A stretch of 64,000 nt of DNA from Octopus bimaculoides (lineage: Eukaryota), in the NCBI RefSeq assembly GCF_001194135.2, contig NC_068982.1, positions 109,027,094-109,091,093 on the forward strand, read 5' to 3'. Numbering within the stretch: position 1 is the stretch's first letter; every line of letters starts with the position of its first letter. Below are positions 51,131 through 64,000 of the stretch, one piece after another. Under the pieces are notes generated by a model. It was not told the origin of the DNA. It did not search any database and saw only the letters and a list, made by a program, of their open reading frames with translations. A program made the translations under genes and the position numbers.

Positions 51131-52294
51131 CAACTTCTTAGTAAAAAGGGCGGTTGCTGCCAGGCAGCCTGCAGGTGGTGGAGATATGTGTAGGGTAGGT
51201 GGGATTAGAAGGAAGTGTTCAAAGTTTGAAGGTGGCATTACATCAGTGCAAGAACTTGAATTACAAAATTTCTTCTGATTCTTACTACCACTGCTGTTTA
51301 CCACCATCATCACTTTCACCTATTCTACTATCATTTACTATCACCCTCTACTGCCATTACCTTCCACCACTATGTCACAATCCAATGAAGAATCATGCTA
51401 GAAATAACAACTAAATCTCTCTTAAATCACACTCCTAAAAAAAAGGTGACATTGGATAATGTATTCTTACATACACTAGCTATATATAAAAGAAAGACAA
51501 ACACAAAAAACAAAACATAAAAAGTTGAGATGGTCAAAGGTGGAGTGCCTTGATCAGAAGTCTTCTTGATTAGAACTGATTAGCAGCTGATTAGCAGCAG
51601 CAGCACCACCACCAACAACAACAATCATTATCAACTGCAACCATCACTACATTGACTAAGCCCCCCCCACCGTTGTTGCTGGCTATACCATTATCATTAC
51701 CACCCCCCCTCAACCTTTTCCAGCATCATTTCACCACTACCACCACCAGCAACAATACCACTTTGTTGTTACCACTACCTTCCACCTCTTCTAGCATTGC
51801 TTCGCCGCTGCTATCACCTTCAGCATTACCATTACCCTCCACCCCGACCTCTTCCAGCATTATCAGTTTTACCTATGCTGCCACTATCACCACCACCACC
51901 ACCGTACCATCACTAGTCACGAAGTAAGCTAGTGGAAGGGAAATATGCTTGGTGTACTTTGACTGAAGAATTATGTGTGTCTTATTCACATGTACATATA
52001 CATACTTGTGCACAAACAAACCGATATTTATACATGCATACATGAAAACTTACAAATAGCATCGAAACAGAACATGATGTAAATGAGATTTTAGAGGTCG
52101 TTTCATTGGAATCATTGAAGAATAGAGTGACTGATTCTCTGAGCAAAAGTACTACAATAAAAGTCACAACATCTTACCACCGCCACCGCCGCCACCCCCA
52201 GCACCCACCCCCACCGCTACCTCCTCTTTCTTCTTCTTCTTCTCCCCCCCATTCACCACCACCACCTTCTCACCCCATTCACCCCTCCTCTCTC

Positions 52295-52344
<50 letters not shown>

Positions 52345-52590
52345 NNNNNNNNNNNNNNNNNNNNNNNNNNNNNNNNNNNNNNNNNNNNNNNNNNNNNNNN
52401 NNNNNNNNNNNNNNNNNNNNNNNNNNNNNNNNNNNNNNNNNNNNNNNNNNNNNNNNNNNNNNNNNNNNNNNNNNNNNNNNNNNNNNNNNNNNNNNNNNNN
52501 NNNNTCTTCTTCTTCTTCTTCTTCTTCTTCTTCTTCTTCTTCTTCTTCTTCTTCTTCTTCTTCTTCTTCTTCTTCTTCTTCTTCTTCTTC
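52295..52590. repeat. (GTT)n and (CTT)n microsatellites flanking an N-gap (52345-52504)
   Basis: Read directly. Confidence 0.95.
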
Positions 52591-52691
52591 ACTTTAGTAA
52601 AGGTTTATCTATTTTTATGGATTAGAATTTTCCTTTCCAACTTTCTCATCTTATATTTTATTAATGTAAAGCATTTTCTTTCTTTTTACAG

Positions 52692-52726
52692 TTCTTCTAT
52701 ACCATAATGATCATATTTATGAAGAT
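52692..52726 (+). other. Weak candidate 35-nt exon (LLYHNDHIYED)
   Basis: Strong acceptor ttttctttctttttacag; weak donor GAT|gtgtgt that is the start of a GT repeat. Confidence 0.2.
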
Positions 52727-52728
52727 GT

Positions 52729-52761
<33 letters not shown>

Positions 52762-54261
52762 GTATTGATATGTTTCTGAGCTATCTTTTCTAGCCCCAGG
52801 TCATCCTTCATCTCTGATTAAGCACACCCATGACCAAAGGTATTTGTGACCAGCTCCATTTTCCTTTTTGAACATTGTGTATCTCAGACTACAGTATCCA
52901 TTGTGCTGTTTTTTTTTTCTCAAGATGGTAAGGTAGACTAGATAGCTATTTTTAGCAAGTTGAGCATCCACATGCAGGTTCCTCACCTGAAGTAGGATCG
53001 CTGTATGTAGTGTTACTTTATCATGGGCTACTGAGATTTTAGTTACATTCAATATTGCGAGTTTTTTTTGTTTAACCCTAGGTCATTTGGATCAAGCTGA
53101 CCTATGATCAAAGGTAGTTAACTGTGAGCATCCTGTCTTTCCTTTCGAATAGTATATTTAAGACTACATTACCAATGTGTCTCATCTTGTTTGTGATAGT
53201 AGGGTGTGATTTGAAAGATATTTGGCTACTATTTCTAATCTGTAGAATAACCACTTATATATTCTGTTGCCATTTTTATGAGCTGTATTGCAGGTTAACT
53301 GTTGGTTTGTGTTAGATGTGTGCAGATTAGCTGTTGATCTAAGTGAGATGTATGTATATAAATTGTTGGTATGTGTAAGATATATGCAGATCAGTTGTTG
53401 GTTTGTGTGAGATGCAGGCAGGTCAATTATTAGTTTATATGAAATGTATGCAGGTCAACTATTGATGCTATTTGAATGTAAGCAAGTAACCTATTGATGT
53501 TGCAAGATGCATGCTGTTTAATTATTGATGTATGAAATGTTTGCAGTTAAATTATTGATGTTGAGTGAACGGTTTATGAGTCAGTTACTGATGTATGAAA
53601 TTATGTTGTATTTTAGTTACCGCTGTTTGAATTGTATGTATTTCAGTTGTTGGTTTAGTGAAATGTATTCAATTCAGTTATTGGTTTGCATGATATGTAT
53701 GCAATTCTGTTATTGGTTTGTGTGAAATGCAAGCAGGTTTGCTATTGTTATTGCATAATCTATTCAATTTATCTCTTACCTTGAATGTGGATGAACACTT
53801 AACATTGTGAGATGTATGTAAGTGATGGATACAGTTTAATTTTATGCAAGATATTGATGTTTACTGATCCTGTGTTAACCACTGGGAAACATCATAATAG
53901 ATGCTAGTCTCTGTCTGAAGATTTAATACTTAGAAATTTTCTTAATTTGAAGTTACAGTCTTTGTTATAATTAAAAATCTTTAGTAAATGAAACCTAAAA
54001 TGTTGCATAGTATTCTTGAAGAAAAATTAGAATTAGAAATTGAATATAAATGGAAAGAAGGGAGGAGAGCTGAAGTTTTCCTGTAAACACTTTGTTATGA
54101 AAAGGAATATATTGTAATTTGCAGTGATATGTTTTAACAGTAGTACGACCTGTGGTTAGGCTAAAGCTTTTGTGTAGAGAGCTGTTGTCTGCATTGTTTG
54201 CTCTTGTCTGATGGACATGATTTTTCCACTATTCTCCATACTCAGTTTTCTTTAGCTTCAT

Positions 54262-54458
54262 TTCCTACAACTCAAAATCATGTTTATTTAGACTTTTTTC
54301 AGTCATTGAAATTGCTATATATATTAGTACTGATAATACAGTTCTATATTTAAGAGATGAGGAATTATGTACATTATTTACATTGTTTACATTCAAAGGA
54401 TATTTGTCCTCATCTTGTTTGTTGTTAACACAACGTTTCGGCTGATATACCCTCCAGC
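54262..54458 (-). mobile_element. Penelope-type terminal repeat fragment (inferred)
   Basis: Minus strand GCTGGAGGGTATATCAGCCGAAACGTTG has the stem-loop plus GAAAC layout of PLE hammerhead regions; family assignment from pattern recognition only. Confidence 0.4.
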
Positions 54459-54464
54459 TGGAGG

Positions 54465-54755
54465 GCACCTTGGGTAAGTGTCTTCTACTGTAGCCTCGGA
54501 CCGACCAAAGCCTTGTGAGTGGATTTGGTAGATGGAAATTTAAAGAAGCCCGTCACACACACACACGTTTGTGTGTCTGTGTTTGGCCACCCACCATCGC
54601 TTGACATCTGATGTTGGTGTGGTTTGTCAAAAGAGATCAATAGAATAAGTGCTAGGCTTACAAAGAATAAGTCCTGGGGTCGATTGGTTTGACTAAAGGC
54701 AGTGCTCCAGCATGGCTGCAGTCAAATGACTGAAACAAGTAAAAGAATAAAAGAA
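54465..54755 (+). mobile_element. 5'-truncated SINE family S1
   Basis: Begins at GCACCTTGGG core and ends GAAACAAGTAAAAGAATAAAAGAAT. Confidence 0.85.
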
Positions 54756-54785
54756 TATTTGTATTGTTTCTCAAAATGGGAGAAT

Positions 54786-55031
54786 CATGAGTTTTGATAA
54801 ATCTAAGAGATGACGAACAATGCAAGCAATTAACTTCAAAGTAAACTTGATTTCTGCCAATTCGCACATTCACTTGACCTTAATTTTGGTATAATATGGG
54901 ACTGAACTTCAATATATTCTTAATTAAGTTACTTTTATGTTCTGTTCTTTCATGAGTTGGCAGAAATCAAGTTTACTTTGAACTTAATTACTTGCATTGC
55001 TCAGCATTTATCAGATTTATCAAAATTCATG
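54786..55031. repeat. 246-bp element with about 78-bp inverted arms (MITE/foldback-like)
   Basis: 54786-54863 versus revcomp of about 54954-55031; includes the exact run TTCAAAGTAAACTTGATTTCTGCCAA. Confidence 0.85.
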
Positions 55032-57059
55032 TTTCTTTCTTTTTAAGGAATGAAACAAGTGTGCAAATAATATATGAGAGCCATCCTGCATTATTATGTC
55101 ATGTCATCTTGGGCTCTAAATTTTTTTGCAAAAATTCACAATAAATGAAACAAAATACAAATAAAGAAAAATATCTGGATATGTAAAAGGTGCTAGTAAT
55201 CACATAGACACATTCCCCCTGCCACCTTCCACATTGTGTGACCTTTCCAGTCTATCTTGAAACCTACGATAGGAGATTACGTTAAACCAGTTGTACTCTG
55301 TACACTCTTCCTTCAGTTTCATCTCCTATACTACCTGTCTCCTTTACATTTTCACTCTTTCTCCCATCCACCTTATTTCTCTCATCACTCCATCTAACAA
55401 GTCATATTGCCTTCCATTATGACCCTATCTGTGTGGCCACATCTTGAATATAAATATATATCTCAGAATACTAAGTACTTGTATCACTCATCCTTCTCAT
55501 TATTGTCATCCATGCTTCAAACTTTCATCTCTGACTCTGTAAAGAGACTGGTGAGTGAACTGTGATGTGGAATCATGAGGTTCCTTTGGTTATGTTGAGG
55601 ATGTGGCTATCTCTCTAGTGCTGGTGCCACAAAAAAAAAAAAAAAATGCACTCTGTACATTCTGTAAAGTGTGAGGTTGTGTAGTCCTTTTAATCTTGTC
55701 AAGGACATGACATCTCTCTGGTGCTGGTGCAATGTATAAAAAGCACCCAGTACACTCTCTCAAGTACACTAATCTCCTACACAAACAAAATGCATAAAAT
55801 GCACAAATAATGTCAGCATGAACAACTTCATTAATACCAAATATTGTTGGGCTAATGCTAGAAGTAAATGCAAAGGAACAGCAACTGTTGCATTTTGACA
55901 GTTCAGTTTGTAGTGGTCTCCTACACATCTTATATGCGTAAAAGCACATATAAACAATAAGACCACCCCCAATTGCAACATCATGATTCATATAATAAGC
56001 TATTGCTTGCTAGAGTGCATATTGCAGTCCTTAGTTATGCTGAGGCATGATCTCGTGTATTGAATCTGTGGCTTGCATATAGTTGTTTCATTAACTACTT
56101 CTCTGCCATAGGTCTGTTCAGTCAGAGTTACAGAACAGCAACCAAAATATGTCGGGGTTGCATCTGAACTGTATACTGTGTGACATTTTATTTTTGAAGA
56201 AAGATATTATTTTATATAGTTGTTTTAGGTAGCTTTGATGGAAAGTTTTACAGCTGGTATGTTTTGCAAGGATAAAATGACTTTTGCAAAATTTGGATTA
56301 TTCTCTACAGGAATTGGTGGAGCAAATACTCTGATACCTTTTAACGCTAACTCATTAGTGATAAATTTCAAATGGCACATAGTTAGATATCTAGTTTTGA
56401 ACTTCTAAATTTTTACTGAAAATAACTTTTATTGGGAATAGAATTTGTAATTTAATTTGTATATGATGAAGGAATATGAATAGCCTTGTTTATTTTTGTC
56501 AACACAAACTGTTGCAAGCTTGTTTAAAATCTTAGGTTTTTCTTTTTTCTCCCTACTTTTGAAATATCAAATATCACAACTGTTGGGGAACTAAAAGTTT
56601 TCCTTGACTCTGTAATTTTTATTATTTCTTTAGTAAAATGAATATTTTATCATTAAGACTCATTGACAAATTGTACTAAGATTCATTGACAAATTGTACA
56701 ACATCGACTAGGAAGGGAGGAGTAGTAAAATTCAGGTCTTGAAACATTGTCGGAAGTATTCATGTATAATCAACAAGCAATATGTCAAGAGAAAGGACTA
56801 GAACTAAATTAACAATGCACTCTAGAACCTTTACCATTTTGACTATATATGACATCACAAAACGAACTCTTACTACTTTTTCCAATCAATCTTCCTCAAA
56901 TTGCAACCTTTTTGGAATTGCCCCAAGGTCAACATTATTCCTACATGCACCATGCTTTACATATTTCCATCCTCATAACTGAGAGTGAGGGGCCACGGAC
57001 ACATGCACTGTCTCTTTCCATCAGTATCTGTTTCTGGCCATGGTTGTGCACCCATCCAG

Positions 57060-57575
57060 AAGTCTTCCAGTTCATTCTTTGATGTCATCTACCTAATATC
57101 TTTTTCTTCTTTTTTCATCCTCATTTTACACTACATTTTTCCCTCTAGGATATAGGTGCTAAGGTTTTGAGCCCTGAGGACATGTCTAAAATACTGCAGC
57201 TTTCTCTTTCTGACAGTTGCCAAAAATTTTCTTTCTGTTCCCATTTGATCAAGTACTGATCTGTTTGTATGATAGTCCAGCTGATCCTCAATACTCCTTT
57301 GTAGCAAGGTGTTTCAAATGTTTTAAGTTTGGTAGTGTCATTTACACTTAGGGCCCAGATTTCACATTAATACAGAGCAACAGGCCAGATTAATGTCTTT
57401 AAGAGCTTTATTTTGATATTCTTAAGAGCTTTGTCTTTCTTGATTGTAATGAATGATTTTAAAGTTGATCTTGCTGTCTTGAGTCATGTTCTTATTTTAT
57501 GGCATCCTTCTCCTGATTGGTCTACGATAACACCCAAGTATTTAGACTTGGTGACCTGTTCTAAGGCAATACCTT
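57060..57575 (-). mobile_element. Decayed RTE-clade LINE RT C-terminal region
   Basis: LEQVTKSKYLGVIV...KIKLLKTLIWPVALY*CEIW...FE..CY..LRISW. Confidence 0.8.
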
Positions 57576-57899
57576 GGGAGTAGATGTTATACCTAAGGAC
57601 TATATCACCAGCAGACGGTTTACTTCACTAGATCCATTCTGTTCTGTCCTTCACTGTGATTCTTCACTAAAGAATGGTCTTTACAGAGGAGAGACTGCAA
57701 GCACATTCTTAGACTTCACTGACTCCATGATACCTCTGACTCTCAAACACCAGGTAGAACTGCCAAGTAGAGGATGCATCAAAATTTTGTTGCTAATCAT
57801 TTCACATAGCCCTGCTTGTTCTCAATTCCTGACTATCAATGTTCTTGCAAAACTAGAATTTTGGCTTAAGCAACCGGCATACATCAATTATAGAAAGTG

Positions 57900-58400
57900 A
57901 AATGAAACATTAGCCACATTAATCTGAACAGGCCCCTCCATCTATCAACTATAAAAGAAGTTGAATTAAATGGAATCATGAGGAAGGTCATCTGGTCCAA
58001 TAAACGAGTCCATAAACTCATGGAAAAAACAGTAACATAGTTAATGTACAAAGTTATTATTTTTTCTTCTAATTAGTTAGTCAGGAATAAGGGTAGCATC
58101 CATAGCTTTGCAGGGTTTTCAGCAATGGTGAAGCAAAGGTGGTTAATTTTTAGTGTGAATGACAGGAAAAATGTGGACATAGAGGAACTTTTAAAATGAG
58201 TAAATCTTTGATATCTGCTTGAAGATTTTAACTTTTTGTGTAACTGTGACCTAAGATGTACATGGATTTAGTTATGTGAGCAATACTCTAATATGGGTTA
58301 CACTGCAGCTTAATAGAGGATGGTCAGAATTGATGTATTTTCTGGCTTTGGGGTGGAAAACTAGTATTTGGAGTATTTAGCAAAAGACTGAAGGTAGTTT
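57900..58400 (-). mobile_element. Decayed CR1/L2-like LINE fragment
   Basis: ILTILY*AAV*PILEYCS resembles the CR1/L2 LY...RP.LEYC motif. Confidence 0.45.
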
Positions 58401-61059
58401 GCAGCAACATTAACTCACTAATGATCAAAACAGATTATTCTTAAAAAAATATCCTTAGAAGATTAAAAAGCAAAACAAGATATGTATGTCAACCTAGCAA
58501 TTGTTACACTGGATAGTGCATTAACATAGAATAATAGATTTGGTTAGTTTTAAAGTAGGTGTTTACAAGGTGTAACATATGGTTTGCTGGCATAGTATGA
58601 ACGTTTCTCATATATTTTTATTTCCCTCTTTCACACAATATGATAGTAACTAAAATCAGGTGTTCTAAATAACCTTATTTACTATTTTGCTTCATGTGTT
58701 TCATGACTTTAGGAATTATAAAAAGCAATCACCAATTAAAATGTTTGAAATAAATGTGTGAACCTGTTTAAATTTTATTCTCTCTCTCTCGCACTCACAC
58801 ACACACAAACAAATGCAGGTTTACTGTACTTAGGTATTTATGTCTATAAATTCTCAGTGGAAGATTTTGAGTTGACAAAATCAATGTTAGTGTTTTAAAT
58901 ACCATTTTGAACCACATATGCTGTTTATACTGTTAAATAAAAATAACTCTGAAATATTATGATTATTAAAGGCTGTTGATGATTATTTGGACCAACATGA
59001 CAATTTAATTTATTTATTATGATATAAAAAAGGCTTTCCTGTTTTATTTATTATAATAAAGCATCAAATTCATGTGATATCTCTGTCATCTTTTAATGAT
59101 TTCATTGTAATTTAAACCATGTTAAGCCTCTTTATTTGTGTGTGTCTATCCAATACGTTCAAATGGAGTAATTTTGAACTGTTTTACAGATTGTTACTCT
59201 TCTATTGACAAATTGTATCTATAAGAATCAAGCTAGTTTCTTATGGTTTATTTTCAAGGGTTCTAGGAACGTCCACTGTAACTAAGAAGTTCCAATACAT
59301 CATTTACCTTTTTGATGAGCTTTCTGGCATTTCATCTGGTTAGAAAGTGTGCTAGCAATAATAAGAAATATTTGATTTTGAAACTTTAGAAAATATATTT
59401 GAGATTCAACAAGTTGATTAAAATTGCTGGAACCACTGAAATTGTCATATTTGTGATTTTGCTCATGCTCTCTTCACGTTTGTTGTTAGCTTTCGCCCTC
59501 AGTCATATATTTGGCCCTTTGCCCAGTGTTTCAAAATGTAGACCATATAGCTTGAATAAATCCATGCAAGCATTCATAGGGCGTGCAACTTGTGTTCCAC
59601 TCATGGCAGTAAATTGCAAAGAAACGTGGGTCATTTGAGAAAATGGTATAGTACTTGATTCCACAATATTATTCTTGTTTCCAACTTTATCACTGTTGAC
59701 TGTAGTCCATGCATCTTTTGTTGACTCTGTCATTTTTGCAATTAAACAAGTCTTGGATAATGTTTCAAATATCATTCAAGACTTGTTTTATTGCAAAAAA
59801 GCCCATTTTTTCTTATTTAAATTTCATAAGATTATAACAATTGCTTTCATTCAAACTGGGCTTTTTGAATTGCCATTTCTTTGTCGTTTTTTTATTTTTA
59901 CAATCTCCCCCCAGTCTCTGTTTTTGTTGCTGCATTTGACCATCTTTGTCTTTGACTTTTGCAACATCGTTGATTGACTCCTTCTTGTTTTATTCCTTTT
60001 CCAATGACCCTTCATTATCCATAATATGTATAGAAAAACAAAAATTTTCTGGATAGGTATTTTAATGTAAATATTAGTTAATTATACTTTAACAGTATTT
60101 TCCTGGCTAAAATTTCATTTCCTACCATGGCTCTATGATAAGGATATGAGTACTGTAGTAAAAAAAGAAGATTCTTGAGAGAAAAATGCCATTCACCAAA
60201 GGAAATGTTTAGAAAGAATGAATGAATTTGATGTGCATAAGGAATGAATGCTTTATCAGTATTGATAAAATATCTTATACTGTATGTGAATTTAAGAAAA
60301 AACAAGTAAAAAGAATGAAAAGCATTTATCATGTAATTCCTCTGCAATAAATATGAAATATATATCAAAACATTGCTGTGAAAGACAAAGCTTCTCTCCC
60401 TTACAGTGCTGGGTAAATAAAATAAAGCAAAAGTATCATTATAGCAAAGACAGTATCAACAATAAATCATTTAATTTCTAGGTACCCATCCACTCTGTAT
60501 CCTCCACTGCAAAAAGATATCAAGGGTGAATTGAGTTCTAATTATTGTTGAACGTTTCTTACCTGCTTAAAAATTTTCATTCTTAATTGGTTGATTAACA
60601 TTACAGTGTCTGCAATATATTATTAATAATACTGATTTGTTCAACTGATCTCATTCATGAGAAAAATAATAATTAAGCTCAGATATTGTATGGCAAGTTT
60701 AATGTATTGAAAGAGAGAAATAGAATGGTAAGTCTATTATCATCTTACAAAAATGAAGTCTATGTACCATGGCCATTCAAACTGATAATTAATTAAATAT
60801 AAGCATCCAGTCATTTATAAAAGTTGATGGTAGTATAGTTCTATAGCAGTAGAATATGTGCAGAATCATTAAATTTAAATTGAAAGCATGCATACATTTT
60901 GTGCAGGGTGCATGAAAATGCAGGGGTCGTGCTATTTAATCATAAGTCAGCTTGATCAAGGCTCAAAAACATGGGCAAATAAACAGAGAAATGCAGTTCT
61001 GGGGAGAAACAATTGGGCAAATTGTTTACTATGGAATTTAGTGAGGTGTGGAAATAAGG

Positions 61060-61300
61060 CACTCCATATTTATTTCTTTATTGCTCACAGGGGGCTAAAC
61101 ATAGAGGGAACAAACAAGGACAGACAAAGGGATTAAGTCGATTACATCACCCCAGTGCGTTACTGATATTTATTTAATCGATCCCAAAAGAATGAAAGGC
61201 AAAGTTGACCTCGGCGGAATTTGAACTCAGAACATAAAGACAGACAAAATACCACTAAGCATTTCGCCCAGCGTGCTAGCATTTCTGCCAGCTTGCCAGG
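61060..61300 (-). mobile_element. SINE family S3 copy, relatively intact
   Basis: GAATGAAAGGCAAAGTTGACCTCGGCGGAATTTGAACTCAGAAC...CTGCCAGCTTGCC. Confidence 0.85.
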
Positions 61301-62117
61301 TTGGTGATAGGTGTTTGTTCATAGGAAAAGGTTTATCATCAGCAAGATATCGTTTTGTTTTGTATATGGTATTAGATAATTATCTTAAATTATCTGAAAT
61401 TTTAGGTATCTAAGCAATACACCAATTTTACTTGTACTTGAGATTTGTTGATGGTCAGCAGCTGTTCACAACTGAAGTATCTGTTCTTAAAGTGAAAATC
61501 TATCTTTTGTGACATTGTTTTAGCTATGTTGTTATATGAGTATTGTTACCATAAAAGGTCATAGATAGTGTAGAATACTTTAGTTGTGACACATATGAAT
61601 ATAATGTGTCATATCCAATCACATATAGAGTATCATATCAAAGACATCTAGCTGTACTATGTAATTAAGTAGTCCACATCACAGCCAAGTAGTTTCAGGT
61701 TCAATACTATTGCACTGCATCTTGGATAAGTGTCTTCTACTATAATAGGTGTGGGCTAACCAGTGCCCATGGGAGGGAATTTTGTAAGCTGAAATTTCTG
61801 GATAGATGCTCATCATACATACATACATGTGTGTGTATGAACTGCTTGAACAGTGTGGGGCAGATGTTCACATTCCTCATTGGCATTATGATTAGTCACT
61901 TTGTACTTTCAATGGTCTTTGGAATAAAGGAATCCCTTACTTGAAAAACAGGCAAGGGTTGATAACAGGGAGAACATCCAGCTGTAAAATCCTGCCTCAA
62001 ATAATGATCCATCCAAACCCATGCTAACATGGAAAAATGGATGTTAAATGACCAAAACGAAGGCGTATTTATAACAAGATATATGTGGCCTGTGATATGG
62101 TGAAAAATATGTCAGGC

Positions 62118-62287
62118 TATGTATAGGCACAGGCGTGATTGCATGGTAAGAGGCTTGCTTCTCAACCACATGGTTCCAGGTTCAATCCCACTGTGTAGCA
62201 CCTTTGGGAACTGTCTTCTACTACAGCTTCGGGCTGACCAAAGCCTTGTAAGTGGATTTGGTAGGTGGAAACTGAAAGAAGCATTTC

Positions 62288-62341
<54 letters not shown>

Positions 62342-63155
62342 TGATCATTGTTGTCGTTTAACATCCACTTTCCATACTAGGATGGGTTGGACGATTTGAC
62401 TGTGGACTGGCGAACCAGATGGCTGCACCAGACTCCAATCTGATCTGGCAGAGTTTCTACAACTGGATGCCCTACCTAATGCCAACCACTCCAAGAGTGT
62501 AGTGGGTGCTTTTACATGCCACTGACACGAGGGCCAGTCAGGCAGTACTGGCAACGGCCACGTTCAAATGGTATTTTTTACGTGCCACCTGCACAGGAGC
62601 CAGTCCAGCGGCACTGGCAATGACTTCACTCGAATGTTTTTTGTGTCTTTCCATGCTAGCATGGGTTGGATGATTTGACTGGACTGGCGAACCAGATGGC
62701 TGCACCAGACTCCAATCTGATCTGGCAGAGTTTCTACAACTGGATGCCCTACCTAATGCCAACCACTCCAAGAGTGTAGTGGGTGCTTTTACATGCCACT
62801 GACACGAGGGCCAGTAAGGCAACGCTGGTAACAATCACACTCAAATGGTGCTTTTCACATGCCACCGGCACAGGAGCCAGACAGCTGCTCTGGCAATGAT
62901 CATGCTCGGACAACGAATTTGGTTCAATTTTGATTTCACTTGCCCCAACATGTCTTTGCCCCTCCCCCCCATCATCGCTAGACAACGGATGTTGATGTGT
63001 TTATGTCCCCGTAACTTAATGGTTCGGCAAAAAAGACCGATAGAATAAGTACTAAGCTTACAAAGAATAAGTCCTGGGGTTGATTTGTTCGACTAAAGGC
63101 GGTGCCCCAGCATGGCCGCAGTCAAATGACTGAAACAAGTAAAAGAATAAAAGAA
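62118..63155 (+). mobile_element. SINE family S1 split at its internal (TA)n by an RTE 3'UTR insertion (arms 62118-62340 and about 62946-63155)
   Basis: 5' head/core precede the insert; 3' half with GTCAAATGACTGAAACAAGTAAAAGAAT follows it. Confidence 0.85.
62341..62940 (-). mobile_element. RTE 3'UTR-derived insertion containing a 170-bp near-identical duplication
   Basis: Homologous to the revcomp of 6533-6980; 62369-62538 repeated at 62648-62815. Confidence 0.8.
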
Positions 63156-63309
63156 TATGTATGATTATGTATACATATCGGAATAAGTGCAAAATGTATT
63201 CATTTGAGGTTGCCTGATGGCAAACCAGAATCCATGTGTCTATACGTATGCATCCACATATACATACACTTGCATATGCATGCATGCGCGCACACACACT
63301 CACACTCTC

Positions 63310-63480
63310 TCACACACAGAGTAGCCTGTAGCCATGAGGCTGGGGTTATATATCTATTGACCCTGAAAAGTTGGAAGGCTAAGTCGACCTCGGCAGAATT
63401 TGAACTCAGATCATAAAGAGGGACAAAATGTTGCTAAGCATTTTACCTGTTGTGCTAACAACCCTGCCAGCTTGCAATCT
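63310..63480 (-). mobile_element. SINE family S3-related copy
   Basis: AAGTCGACCTCGGCAGAATTTGAACTCAGA...CTGCCAGCTTGC. Confidence 0.75.
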
Positions 63481-63660
63481 TGTTTCACACACACACACAC
63501 ACACTTGTGTGTTATCATGCCGTGCCACCATGAAGCATGGACATTCAATGATGAAGAAGATATATAGTCATAATGTCATTTTGGTGTTGTGGTTAACACA
63601 GCTATAGGATTTATGGTAGATTCTGGTGTTTGAATCCTGCAAATGATGTCATAGCTGAGC

Positions 63661-63694
<34 letters not shown>

Positions 63695-63969
63695 GCTTCC
63701 TCATCTTCATATTGCTTGATAGTTGTAAACAAGTGTCACCATCCTATAAACAGTGTCATTAGTTTCTAATCTTCCATGAAAATATGTCCAATCATGGAGA
63801 AATATTATCTTACTTGGAAATAAGTAAGAACTGGCAAACAGGAAGAGCATCTGGCTGTCGAAAATCTGCCTCAGTGAATTGCATCTGACCCATGCTAGCA
63901 TTAACTATAAAACAATTTTTATGGTGTATATGTAAAAAGTGTTCAGTGCAATCTATAAGTGGTTGGCAT

Positions 63970-64000
<31 letters not shown>

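Noticed and set aside
56655-56700. 23-bp tandem duplication (TAAGA(C/T)TCATTGACAAATTGTAC)
   Set aside because: A simple slippage duplication with no further structure
1-64000. ORFs in the six-frame track as genes
   Set aside because: Most are translations of microsatellites (poly-CV, YI, HT, L, S), SINE/LINE sequence or N-gaps; none is a credible intact single-exon gene

Overview
This is eukaryotic, AT-rich, repeat-dense genomic DNA with six N-gaps. The tRNA-derived SINE families and RTE-LINE 3' ends look like those I recognise from octopod cephalopods (probably an Octopus assembly); this is pattern recognition, not a database hit. There are no prokaryotic features, CRISPR arrays, rRNA genes or true tRNA genes, and almost every ORF in the supplied track is a translation of microsatellites, repeats or N-gaps. 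The window holds at least four SINE families, RTE, CR1/L2-like and Penelope-like retroelement fragments, and several DNA transposons: a full-length decayed mariner, a deleted maT-like element, a Tigger/pogo fossil, two piggyBac-type MITEs, a Merlin-type MITE with perfect TIRs and 8-bp TSD, and foldback elements. Gene content is only weakly supported: a phase-compatible chain of small + strand exons at 3.7-20.7 kb encoding a protein I cannot name, and a CpG-retaining, X-box (RFX)-containing promoter-like region near 42.9 kb with candidate exons on both strands. I found no convincing previously undescribed biological system. The most notable observations are nested transposon architectures, long inverted repeats and the candidate RFX promoter.
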